IMG/VR virus record: IMGVR_UViG_3300036791_000807 | Coordinates: 1-59,374 of that record | DNA: 59,374 nucleotides | Strand: one strand, 5' to 3' | Source: a virus | Taxonomy: Duplodnaviria; Caudoviricetes | Shown: positions 34,702 through 43,261 of the stretch, one piece after another | Layout of the letters: each line of letters begins with the position of its first letter | Position numbering within the stretch: position 1 is the first letter of the stretch | Made by a program: the position numbers and the translations under genes | The notes under the pieces: generated by a model | The model's input: only the letters and a program-made list of their open reading frames with translations | Told to the model about the DNA's origin: nothing | The model's database searches: none

Positions 34702-35169
34702 ATGGAAAAGCTCGAACTAGCCCGCCGCGAAGCCCGCCGCTACTACCGGGCGACGGAGAAGAAGGACGGCGGCGAGGGGTACCCGTACTCGCCCGCCGAC
34801 GCGACGAAAAGCGCCGCGCGGAAAAGCGGTCTCCCCGCGTCGCGCCTCGTCCCGGTCGTCGCGGCCGTTTACTACGAGGAGAACGGCTCCCGCTCCCCGC
34901 TCCCCGCGTCGGCCGCGAAGGGCGCCGCCGCCCTCGCCCGCGCGATCCGCTCCCGCCGCGACGCGGGCGGCCGTCTCGGACGCTGGGAGGTCGTCGCAGC
35001 GTCCGCCGCCGCGACCCTCGGCCGTCCCGTCCCGGTCGCGGCCGTCCGCGCCCTCTACGAGAAGGGCGGCGGGGATCTCGCCCTCTCGTATACGGGTCGC
35101 GGTACTCGCGTCGGCGCTCCGGCGACGCGCGAGGACGAGACCGCCGAAATCGAGGCGACGCTAAGCTAG
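34702..35169 (+). CDS. lone HTH-like protein, paralog of 23179-23697, in a CA/TG-free island
   Basis: AAAGGAGA RBS and its own terminator; RWEVVAA...LYEKGGGD matches RWELIAA...LYEEAGGD. Confidence 0.75.
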   Translation: MEKLELARREARRYYRATEKKDGGEGYPYSPADATKSAARKSGLPASRLVPVVAAVYYEENGSRSPLPASAAKGAAALARAIRSRRDAGGRLGRWEVVAASAAATLGRPVPVAAVRALYEKGGGDLALSYTGRGTRVGAPATREDETAEIEATLS

Positions 35170-35272
35170 CGGCGTCGCCCCGGTCGCGGACTCCCTTCCC
35201 GCCGAAGCCTCTCTACCCTCCGCGCGACGCGCGACCTCGGAGGCGAGACGCGAGGAGAGAGACCGCCGAACC

Positions 35273-35302
35273 GAAGCCGCCCCCTCCGGGGGCGGCTTTT
35301 TT
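35273..35302 (+). terminator. intrinsic terminator
   Basis: GAAGCCGCCCCC-TCC-GGGGGCGGC followed by TTTTTT. Confidence 0.85.
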
Positions 35303-35339
35303 CCGGCCGGGACTCCGGCGGTGCGGGTGCGCCCCCGCA

Positions 35340-35620
35340 TGCTGAATGAACAGTTCAAAAACAACCACACAAACCTGCCCCCGAGAGCAAATTTCACACA
35401 CACCCGCTCCCTACCACACACCCTAATCCAATGGCGAGTCGTCGAGCGAAACACCTGCATACACCCACTTTCTGCCGCACAAGTACCTGAATTTCTGCCC
35501 CACACCTCTCGGAAAACACACATCCTACGGCATCTCAACCGCCGCGTCTACGGCATCTCAACTGAAATCCGCACAACCAATACACATAACCACACAAAAA
35601 AATCAAACACCTCGCGCGAA
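35340..35620. other. C/A-rich non-coding tract (candidate genome-end / pac region)
   Basis: Runs of CACACA/ACAAC with few G; no credible ORF; lies upstream of the operon leading to terminase. Confidence 0.45.
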
Positions 35621-35765
35621 GATACGGACGCGAGGCCCAGAACAGACCCTCCATTCCATTCCTCTCGATCGCGCACGCCTTTTAGTATAATCGGGAATTC
35701 AACGCGTGCGCGGAGGAGAGGCTGATGGGTTGAAGCTCGGCTCGCGGGCGTCCGTAAATAGGGAC

Positions 35766-35794
35766 TAGACTTCACACCTGAACTCCGGTAGAAT
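35766..35794 (+). promoter_or_regulatory. rightward promoter
   Basis: TAGACT-tcacacctgaactccgg(17)-TAGAAT. Confidence 0.7.
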
Positions 35795-35863
35795 CCCCGA
35801 GAACCCAACCATATCGGGGCGACCCCTTTAGGGGTCGCAACCTGAACAAACCAAGGAGGGAGC

Positions 35864-36214
35864 ATGGCACGAGCAAGACAAGCCCCCGGACAAGCAAAGC
35901 CAACTAACGACCAGTTGTTGAAGTTGGCGGGCTTTGTCCAGGGCACGTTCAACTTCGTCGGCACGGACGACATCCATCCGGTCGCGGTCAACAAGACAGA
36001 GTTCTATCCGCAGGCCTTGTCCAAGATGTATGGTGGAGAGGCAAAGCCGTTTGTGACAAAGAACGGCAAGCACATGCAAGGCTGGTTCGTACCACTCAAC
36101 ATGCGCCTCTCGTACCTCAAGCAGATGGAGAAGGAAGGTCTGCTCACAGAGATCGACCCCGACCAGCTGCTCGTGTACATCGACAGACTTGAGAAGATTG
36201 TTGGCGCGAAATGA
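35864..36214 (+). CDS. hypothetical protein
   Basis: AAGGAGGGAGC RBS; first gene after the promoter. Confidence 0.75.
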   Translation: MARARQAPGQAKPTNDQLLKLAGFVQGTFNFVGTDDIHPVAVNKTEFYPQALSKMYGGEAKPFVTKNGKHMQGWFVPLNMRLSYLKQMEKEGLLTEIDPDQLLVYIDRLEKIVGAK

Positions 36215-36438
36215 AGCTCGCCATACAAATGGCGGACAAGATCGAGGACATCATCATCGAGGACGTGACCTGCGTCACGGCAGACATGCTGGATGATGAC
36301 CAAACAAGCTTCAGAATCGAGGACCCAGGATTTCAATTCCTGGTGATGATGGAGACTCGTAACCCCTTCACCGGTGAGATGGATGAACAATGTCTGCAAG
36401 CCTGCACTCCGGAGAACGAGCCCCATGACCAGGACTAG
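36211..36438 (+). CDS. hypothetical acidic protein
   Basis: ATGA overlap with the previous gene. Confidence 0.6.
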   Translation: MKLAIQMADKIEDIIIEDVTCVTADMLDDDQTSFRIEDPGFQFLVMMETRNPFTGEMDEQCLQACTPENEPHDQD

Positions 36439-36705
36439 CCCCACATGTCCATACGTCCTGGAAGGCACATGGGCAGCCTGGCCCTGCCAGGCAACCAAGC
36501 CCCGCCCGAAACCGAAGAAACCATCCAGCCCGAAAAACCCCCGGAAACGACCCCCTAGCGCGGCCGAGCGGGATCCGGTAGACTAGGAGGCGAGGGAAGC
36601 CGCGGTTCACGTCCGGTCGGCTCCTCTCCCCGGCGGCGGTGGTGGGTGTCGGATTGCGCGGTATACCTGCCACCGCCGCCTTCAAGAACACGACAGGGAG
36701 GTAAC

Positions 36706-36906
36706 ATGGACCTGAGCGTGTACAGAGGCAAGGCGCAGGTCGAGTTCCTCACCAACGCCACCCGCGCCGAGACAGTGATGGTGGTACACGGTGAGGAGCA
36801 GTACAAGGTCTTCATACTGGACGCAGATGACAGCCTTGACGTAGTGGTGCACTATCCTTCCGGGGAGCGAGAAATTGTCTGGAGCCTGATCAAGGACACC
36901 GTATGA
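36706..36906 (+). CDS. hypothetical protein
   Basis: GGGAGG RBS before MDLSVYRG. Confidence 0.65.
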   Translation: MDLSVYRGKAQVEFLTNATRAETVMVVHGEEQYKVFILDADDSLDVVVHYPSGEREIVWSLIKDTV

Positions 36907-37244
36907 GTGAGGCAGACGAATATGGGCCAGGAGGTTTCTATGAGTCTGGCCCCAACACCGAGTACGACAGACCAGACATCGAGTTCAAGCCATGGCGGTA
37001 TCGCAAGAAACCAGTGGTGATAGAAGCACGGCAGCTGGGGCAAGACTACGACACTGACTGCGAGATCGTCCGCTGGTGTGGCGGCAAAGCTACGGGCGAA
37101 CACGGGTACCTCTTGTACATCAAGACGCTTGAGGGGACCATGGGTGCCGGTCCCGGCGATTGGATCATCAAGGGCGTCAATGGCGAGTTCTACCCATGCA
37201 AGGACAACATCTTCAAACAGACCTACGAACAGGTTGGCCCGTGA
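36903..37244 (+). CDS. conserved phage protein (YRKKPVVIEA...GDWIIKG..GEFYPCK family)
   Basis: Recognisable, widespread phage motif; function unknown. Confidence 0.8.
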   Translation: MSEADEYGPGGFYESGPNTEYDRPDIEFKPWRYRKKPVVIEARQLGQDYDTDCEIVRWCGGKATGEHGYLLYIKTLEGTMGAGPGDWIIKGVNGEFYPCKDNIFKQTYEQVGP

Positions 37245-37654
37245 AAAGCAGCAAGGCGCGGATCTGGTACGGGAAGATCCCCGGCTCGCACGAGCCAGGT
37301 TTCAAAGAACAGAAGATCATCCAGAGGGCGATGCCGCAGGCGGCCAGGGCGCTCGTGCACGGTGTTGCGGACTTACAGCTTTACCGATTCAAAATGGGCG
37401 AGTGCACAATTCTGCTCGCACACGAGCCGGGAGGCATTCACGGTGAGATGCGCTGGCATCTTTCAATCAGCTGTCCCGACCGACACCCGACCTGGGACGA
37501 GATCAAGGTCGCCCGCTACCGTCTGCTTGGGCCAGACATGGTGGCCGCGATGATTCTGCCGCCGACAAAGGACTACGTGAATATGCCTCAGCAAGATCAC
37601 GTCTTCCACCTACACGAGATCGTAGACACCGCCGAAGTCTGGAGATCCCTATAA
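37241..37654 (+). CDS. conserved phage protein (WHLSIS..R.PTWDE family)
   Basis: WHLSISCPDRHPTWDEIK..MILPP..YVN..HLHE. Confidence 0.75.
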   Translation: MKSSKARIWYGKIPGSHEPGFKEQKIIQRAMPQAARALVHGVADLQLYRFKMGECTILLAHEPGGIHGEMRWHLSISCPDRHPTWDEIKVARYRLLGPDMVAAMILPPTKDYVNMPQQDHVFHLHEIVDTAEVWRSL

Positions 37655-38028
37655 TGTGCCGTCTGATCGTGCATGGTAGGATCACCCGCACCTGGGCCAA
37701 ACTTCAACTCGATGCGGTCAAGATCTTCAACCCGGAGACCATCATCAAGTATGAGCCGTGGATGCCGCCAAACACAATCATGGTAGTGGAGCCGCCGCCA
37801 AATGAGACTGTTTAGCTACGACAAATACAGGTCGAAGGAGGAACGCATCTGGCTCGGCGCGTTCTGGATCGGCATCCTCCTCTTCATCCTCTGGTGTGAG
37901 ATCGTCATCGGGGTCGCGGTCGCGAGGTTGCTCCTCCGATGAGCATTGCAGCCATGGCCATAGGTCTCGTCATCTGGGTTTTGATCATCGCCGTGATCAT
38001 TTTGATATGGTTCTGAAGGGAGCGCACA

Positions 38029-38562
38029 ATGAACGTTGGTATCTTCGCAATTGACCCCGGTGAGTACACCGGTCTCGCCTGGGTGATCGTCAACCCGCAT
38101 GAACGACTCGCGGCAGACGTGCTGAAAAATTCTCTACGCAAGGGCTCGATTACCATCCAGGGTGACCCCATGGAACAGGCACGCAAGATTTGGAACCTCT
38201 GGTCCAAGTTCAAGACAGAGGCCGTCTCTGTCTCGCTTCTGCCGGCTGACAACATCTACCTGGTCTGCGAAGACTTCCGGCTCGTGCCCAACGCGACTCC
38301 TGGTAAGCGGACGACCGCACCAGAGCGCGTGGCCTGGGCTTTTGAGGGATACAGGAATGGACGTCACGACACGTACAGACAACTGCGTCACTTCAGCAAT
38401 GTCATCTGGCAAGACCCAGGGGCGGCCCACAGGTTCAACGACAGGAACCTTTTGGGACCGGCGGGCTGCTGGATCTCTGGCAAGCAGCATGAGCGTTCTG
38501 CCTTTGCCCACGTTTACCTATATATAGCTCGGCTCCTCGACCGGCAGCCTATACGCGCGTAA
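38029..38562 (+). CDS. RuvC-like Holliday junction resolvase
   Basis: FAIDPGEYTGLAW, VCEDF, H.RSAFAH RNase H-fold motifs. Confidence 0.7.
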   Translation: MNVGIFAIDPGEYTGLAWVIVNPHERLAADVLKNSLRKGSITIQGDPMEQARKIWNLWSKFKTEAVSVSLLPADNIYLVCEDFRLVPNATPGKRTTAPERVAWAFEGYRNGRHDTYRQLRHFSNVIWQDPGAAHRFNDRNLLGPAGCWISGKQHERSAFAHVYLYIARLLDRQPIRA

Positions 38563-38648
38563 CGCGCACGCCTAACGCGTGCGCGGAGGAGTGCCACGAT
38601 TCGTGGCAGCTAGACGAACCGGCTCGGATCGGTTAGGCTTCTCGACGG

Positions 38649-38849
38649 ATGTCCTCCGACCCATTCCGCCTCCGCTCCGACGCCGTTGAGGGCACACTCT
38701 ACCGTGAGCCCGAGTGGGAGCCTGTTGAGCCGGGCATTGGGCAGCCTCCCACCATGCGTGAATACTTCTTTGATCCCATCCATGGCTGGTACTATTCCAC
38801 CGGCCCCAAGGTCGTGGTTGTACGCTGGCCACCGGTGGCGCCGCCATGA
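38649..38849 (+). CDS. hypothetical protein
   Basis: ORF whose stop overlaps the start of the terminase small subunit. Confidence 0.4.
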   Translation: MSSDPFRLRSDAVEGTLYREPEWEPVEPGIGQPPTMREYFFDPIHGWYYSTGPKVVVVRWPPVAPP

Positions 38850-39658
38850 GCAACAACCCGAGCATGCAGGGGATGAACAACCACAATGGCAAGGGGCCAG
38901 GCCGTCCTCGCCGCCGCAAGAAAGTAGTTGACGCGCAGACCATCAATGGCACAGCAAAGCTCGACGCCATCCGCAGTAAGACAGGCAAGAATGCATGGGG
39001 CGTCAAGAGCCGTGACCCGGTGACCTCGGCGCAACTCAAAGCACTAGGCTACTGTGGCGCCAAGAAGCGGAAGCGCGAAGAGGATGAAGGTATCACCTAC
39101 TGCCGGCAGAAGGCAGGATTTGGAACGACTCATCCCGGCGTCGGCCGCTGCAAATATCACGGCGGCAACCGTGCCATGGAGCGTGCCAAGCTCGAACGGG
39201 ACAGGCAGATCGAGTTTATGGGACGGCCGAAGGACATCAACCCGATTGATGCCATCGTCTGGGCCATCAAGATCACCGCCGGTGAAGTCGAGTTCCTCGG
39301 ATCGCAGATCGTTGAGATCAACAAGAAGGACGAGTGGATTGAGAACACGTTGCAGGGCAAGCAGCTGCATGTCTTCCAGCGAGCGCGGGCGGACGCCATG
39401 GACCGGCTCGTACGGTACAGCAAGGACGCCATCGCGCTCGGACTCGCGGAGAGGGCAGTCCGGCTGGCCGAGCAATTCGGTGCGACGATTGCGAGACTCC
39501 TGGAGAACGTGGCGCAGGATCTCGTGCTGACCGAGAAGCAGCAGAAGCTCTGGCCCATCATCGTACGCAATCAACTGATCCTTCTGGAGGGCGGGCTGAG
39601 CGAAGCGCAGAAGGAAATGAAAGACCAACTCCCGGTGATCCAGCATGCCAGCCGCTAA
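38846..39658 (+). CDS. terminase small subunit
   Basis: CGAK..C...GRCKYHGG Zn motif plus a helical region; directly upstream of TerL. Confidence 0.75.
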   Translation: MSNNPSMQGMNNHNGKGPGRPRRRKKVVDAQTINGTAKLDAIRSKTGKNAWGVKSRDPVTSAQLKALGYCGAKKRKREEDEGITYCRQKAGFGTTHPGVGRCKYHGGNRAMERAKLERDRQIEFMGRPKDINPIDAIVWAIKITAGEVEFLGSQIVEINKKDEWIENTLQGKQLHVFQRARADAMDRLVRYSKDAIALGLAERAVRLAEQFGATIARLLENVAQDLVLTEKQQKLWPIIVRNQLILLEGGLSEAQKEMKDQLPVIQHASR

Positions 39659-41192
39659 GCCAAGTGGAAGACCTGTCCCCAAGGCCCGGAGGGCAAAGGA
39701 GCCCGTGGCCGCCCAAGCTCTCTCCCCGGATGGCTATGGTGCAGCTTTGCCCTCCGGTTCCGCAGCTGCGGCTCTGCGGATCATGTTCCCGGAGCCGCAG
39801 CCATATTTGGACAGCCCTGCCGTCTGGGTCGAGGAGCGCCTGGGCGAGTTCATCTGGAGCAAGCAAGAGGAGATCTGTCAGTCTGTTGTCGAAAATCAAT
39901 ACACGGCGGTTAAGGCATGTCATGGCCCCGGCAAGTCTTTCATCGCCGCGAGGATCGCGCTTTGGTGGCTCGATGTTCATGAGCTAGGTGATGCCTTCGT
40001 CATCACGACCGCGCCGTCATGGCCGCAGGTCCAGGCGATCCTCTGGAGGGAGATGCGCCGGGCTCACCGACGCGGACGGCTACCCGGCCGCATCACCCTC
40101 GACTGTCAGATGTACATGGGAGAGGGGAACAGGAACGAAGAGTTGATCGCAATGGGCCGGAAACCGGCAGACTATGACGACACAGCATTCCAGGGTCTGC
40201 ACGCCCGGTTCATTCTGATCCTCTTTGACGAGGCGTGCGGGATCCCGGAGCAGTTGTGGGTTGCAGCGTTGACGCTGATGACGAACGACAACGCTCGATT
40301 CCTGGCCATAGGAAACCCTGACGATCCGGGATCCCGTTTCGCACATTACTGTAAGCATGGCTCCGGTTGGAATGTCATCAAGATCGCTGCGTATGACACT
40401 CCAAACTTCACCGGTGAGCCGGTCCCAGAGCGGGTTGCGGAAGAACTCGTGAGCCAACACTGGGTGGAGGATCGAACGCGAGACTGGGGAGAGGGCAGCC
40501 CGCTCTGGACATCCAAGATCATGGCGGAGTTCCCCGACGTCAGCGACGAGTACCTGATCACGCCGAAGATGATCGAGACCGGGATCAACACTGATCTGCC
40601 TGGCTTCGACAGCGGTAGGTACGGCATCGATGTCGCTCGTATGGGACAGGACAAGTCGGTCGTGTACAGGAACCGGGGTGGCCGGATACGCTTTGTGCAG
40701 GCCTGGGGTCATACCGACACGATGCAATCGACCGGCAAGATCAAGAACATCCTCGACAACAACCATCTCTCAATCAATATGCCGCCGTCGGTGATCGATG
40801 TGGTGGGGCTCGGCGCTGGTCCATTTGACCGGTTGCGCGAGCAGGGCTACCCGGTGGTGCCGTTCTCGGGAGGCGAGCGGGCATACCGCCCGGACAAGTT
40901 CAAGAACCGCCGCGCCGAGGCATACTGGCAGTTCAGGATGGACTTAGAGGCGGGCCTGGTTGACCTGGATCCAAAGGACGAGATTCTTCACAAGCAACTA
41001 CAGACGGTCAAGTGGTTCGTGGACTCAACCGGCAGGATTCAGATGGAGTCCAAGGACGACATGCGAGCGCGAGGCGTCGATTCACCAGACTTTGCCGACG
41101 CGGCTATCATGTCATGCCAGGGTCGGCCTCCATTTGTCCAGATGAATTTGGAAGGATCGTTAGCGGCCGATCTGCTAGACAAGGCGATGTAG
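39645..41192 (+). CDS. terminase large subunit
   Basis: ACHGPGKS, ILFDEA, IGNP, GIDVAR.G.D, SPDFADA. Confidence 0.93.
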   Translation: MPAAKPSGRPVPKARRAKEPVAAQALSPDGYGAALPSGSAAAALRIMFPEPQPYLDSPAVWVEERLGEFIWSKQEEICQSVVENQYTAVKACHGPGKSFIAARIALWWLDVHELGDAFVITTAPSWPQVQAILWREMRRAHRRGRLPGRITLDCQMYMGEGNRNEELIAMGRKPADYDDTAFQGLHARFILILFDEACGIPEQLWVAALTLMTNDNARFLAIGNPDDPGSRFAHYCKHGSGWNVIKIAAYDTPNFTGEPVPERVAEELVSQHWVEDRTRDWGEGSPLWTSKIMAEFPDVSDEYLITPKMIETGINTDLPGFDSGRYGIDVARMGQDKSVVYRNRGGRIRFVQAWGHTDTMQSTGKIKNILDNNHLSINMPPSVIDVVGLGAGPFDRLREQGYPVVPFSGGERAYRPDKFKNRRAEAYWQFRMDLEAGLVDLDPKDEILHKQLQTVKWFVDSTGRIQMESKDDMRARGVDSPDFADAAIMSCQGRPPFVQMNLEGSLAADLLDKAM

Positions 41193-41199
41193 GAGGACC

Positions 41200-42567
41200 A
41201 TGGCGCCACCGATAGTCAAAACGCAAACTGGATCGCGGCCTCCCACCAACGAGATTGGTGCCGTCGTCAACTCTGGGGTTGCTATTGGCGGTCTTGCCGG
41301 TTGGACAACCTTCGTTGATCTTGACGAGTACGTGCCGGAGTTGATCTGGCCGACCTCCGTTCGCACATACGACAGGATGAAAACTGACGGGCAGGTCGCT
41401 GCTTTGTACCAAGCGACGGTTATGGCGATCCGGCGCTTCGACTGGTACATTGACCCAAACGGGGCAGAGCGCCCCATGGTCGAGAAGCTGTCAAAAGACT
41501 ACAACCTGCCGATCCTCGGTGATCCGCCGCGCAACCGTCTACGGTTCAAGGGCCGCTTCCAGTTCGACGACCACCTGCGTAAGGCGCTCAAGGCTGGTCT
41601 CTATGGTCACTACTACTTTGAGCAGGTCGGAGAGATCGACCCTGTGGACCGGATGTGGCACCTGCGTAAGCTCGCGGAGAGACCGCCACGGACCATCTCC
41701 CAGTTCCGGATCGCTGAGGATGGCGGTCTGATCTCGATTGTCCAAAACATAACATCCCAACAGTACGCCCCCGGTGGTAGCTGGATGGGCCTGCCGGAGA
41801 TCCCGATAGATCGTTTGGTTGGCTACGTCTGGGATCAGGAGGGAGCAAACTGGACCGGTCGATCCTGGCTTCGTGACATCTACAAGAACTGGCTGATCAA
41901 GGATCGTCTGATCAGAATCGATGCCGTCAACCACGAGCGAGCCGGTGGTGTACCATACATCGAGGCTCATCCTGGGGCGACGACCGATGAGATCAAGGCG
42001 CTGAACGAGATGGCGCAGGGATTCAGGATTGGCGATACCTCGGGTGGCGCGGTACCGGCAGGAGCGAAGCTCAATGTGGCTCGTGGGACAAACAGCACCG
42101 TCGTCAACTCGATTGAGTACCACGATCAGGCGATGGCCCGTCGTTTCATGCTCATGGTCATGCAGCTGGGTCAGACTCAAACCGGCTCTCGCGCTCTCGG
42201 CTCGACGTTCATCGACTTCTGGCGCTTTGGTCTCCTTACCATAGCTGGTTGGATCTGTGATACTTTCAACGAGCATGTGATCGAGGATGACATTGACTGG
42301 AACTGGGGTCCAGATGTCGATCAGGTCCCACTACTTGATTTTGAGTACGATCCTGAGTTCGTACCTCTGGACTTCGCCAATATGGTGAAGGCCACTGCAC
42401 TCGTCATGGACGACACACTTGAGGCGTTTGTCCGAGACGAGATGGGATTGCCGGAGAAGGATCCGGCGACAGCTAGACCGCTTCCCGCAGTACATATGGG
42501 AAACGAGCCACCCAATCCCGGCGACACGTCACCAGGTGGCGGCGGGAGCGCTGGTGTCGGTGGGTGA
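41200..42567 (+). CDS. portal protein (DUF935 / Mu gp29-like)
   Basis: Follows TerL; YDRMKTDGQV, IEYHDQAMA, GSRALG, IDWNWG. Confidence 0.88.
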   Translation: MAPPIVKTQTGSRPPTNEIGAVVNSGVAIGGLAGWTTFVDLDEYVPELIWPTSVRTYDRMKTDGQVAALYQATVMAIRRFDWYIDPNGAERPMVEKLSKDYNLPILGDPPRNRLRFKGRFQFDDHLRKALKAGLYGHYYFEQVGEIDPVDRMWHLRKLAERPPRTISQFRIAEDGGLISIVQNITSQQYAPGGSWMGLPEIPIDRLVGYVWDQEGANWTGRSWLRDIYKNWLIKDRLIRIDAVNHERAGGVPYIEAHPGATTDEIKALNEMAQGFRIGDTSGGAVPAGAKLNVARGTNSTVVNSIEYHDQAMARRFMLMVMQLGQTQTGSRALGSTFIDFWRFGLLTIAGWICDTFNEHVIEDDIDWNWGPDVDQVPLLDFEYDPEFVPLDFANMVKATALVMDDTLEAFVRDEMGLPEKDPATARPLPAVHMGNEPPNPGDTSPGGGGSAGVGG

Positions 42568-42622
42568 GGACAGGGTGCTCCCTCCATCCAAACCCGCCGA
42601 CACCACAAAGAAGGAGGAGTAG

Positions 42623-42829
42623 ATGGCAGACAATCTGCTAGGGCCAGCAAGTGACGGCAAGAGCAACATCAAGGGCGCGAATGCGTGGCAGGCCAATCCT
42701 GGCGATCCGGCCATGGGGTATCTGGGCGGCCAGCCGGACAACCTGTCCCGCATGAACGCCAACTCGACCGGCAAGCTGCTCTCGGTTCAGCTGAAGAAGA
42801 ACAAGAGCACCGGGCTGAAGGTGCCGTAG
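42623..42829 (+). CDS. small virion-region protein
   Basis: AAGGAGGAG RBS. Confidence 0.65.
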   Translation: MADNLLGPASDGKSNIKGANAWQANPGDPAMGYLGGQPDNLSRMNANSTGKLLSVQLKKNKSTGLKVP

Positions 42830-42951
42830 TGCCCGCGAGGTCCCAAAAGCAGCGAGCCTGGGCATATGCTGTGAAGGGGCCAGCTTGGGCCAAGCGGCAT
42901 CACTTCAACAACAAGGGCAAGCTGCCGAAGAGAGCCAGAAAGAAGAAGTGA
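42829..42951 (+). CDS. 40-aa basic protein
   Basis: GTG start overlapping TAG; PARSQKQRAWAYA...KLPKRARKKK. Confidence 0.65.
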   Translation: MPARSQKQRAWAYAVKGPAWAKRHHFNNKGKLPKRARKKK

Positions 42952-43055
42952 TGGCCAAAAGCAAAAGCAAATCCTTCGGGGGCAAGAAAGCTGCGCCATT
43001 CAAGAAGGGCGGCGGCAGATCCAAAAGCAAGACCAGTTCCAAAAAGGCGAAGTAA
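42951..43055 (+). CDS. 34-aa Lys/Ser-rich basic protein
   Basis: Read manually: MAKSKSKSFGGKKAAPFKKGGGRSKSKTSSKKAK; 1-nt stop/start overlaps. Confidence 0.65.
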   Translation: MAKSKSKSFGGKKAAPFKKGGGRSKSKTSSKKAK

Positions 43056-43261
43056 TGGCACGCAAGGGTAGAGCGCCGATCAAGATCAAGAAGTCGAATC
43101 GGGGCAAGCTCCGGAAGACTGCTGGTGTCAAGAAAGGCAACAAGATTCCGGTCTCCAAGCTTCAGCAGATGAAGCGCAGCAAGAACCCAACCACTCGCAA
43201 GCGTGCGACGTTCGCGCTGAACGCTCGCAAGTGGAAGAAGGGAGGCAGGAGAAAGCACTAA
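43055..43261 (+). CDS. 68-aa basic protein
   Basis: IKIKKSNRGKL..KRATFALNARKW. Confidence 0.7.
   Translation: MARKGRAPIKIKKSNRGKLRKTAGVKKGNKIPVSKLQQMKRSKNPTTRKRATFALNARKWKKGGRRKH

Noticed and set aside
33301-35994. ORFs called in the non-coding control region other than 34702-35169 and 35864 onward
   Set aside because: They lack an RBS, translate to low-complexity sequence, and overlap hairpins, repeats or promoters.
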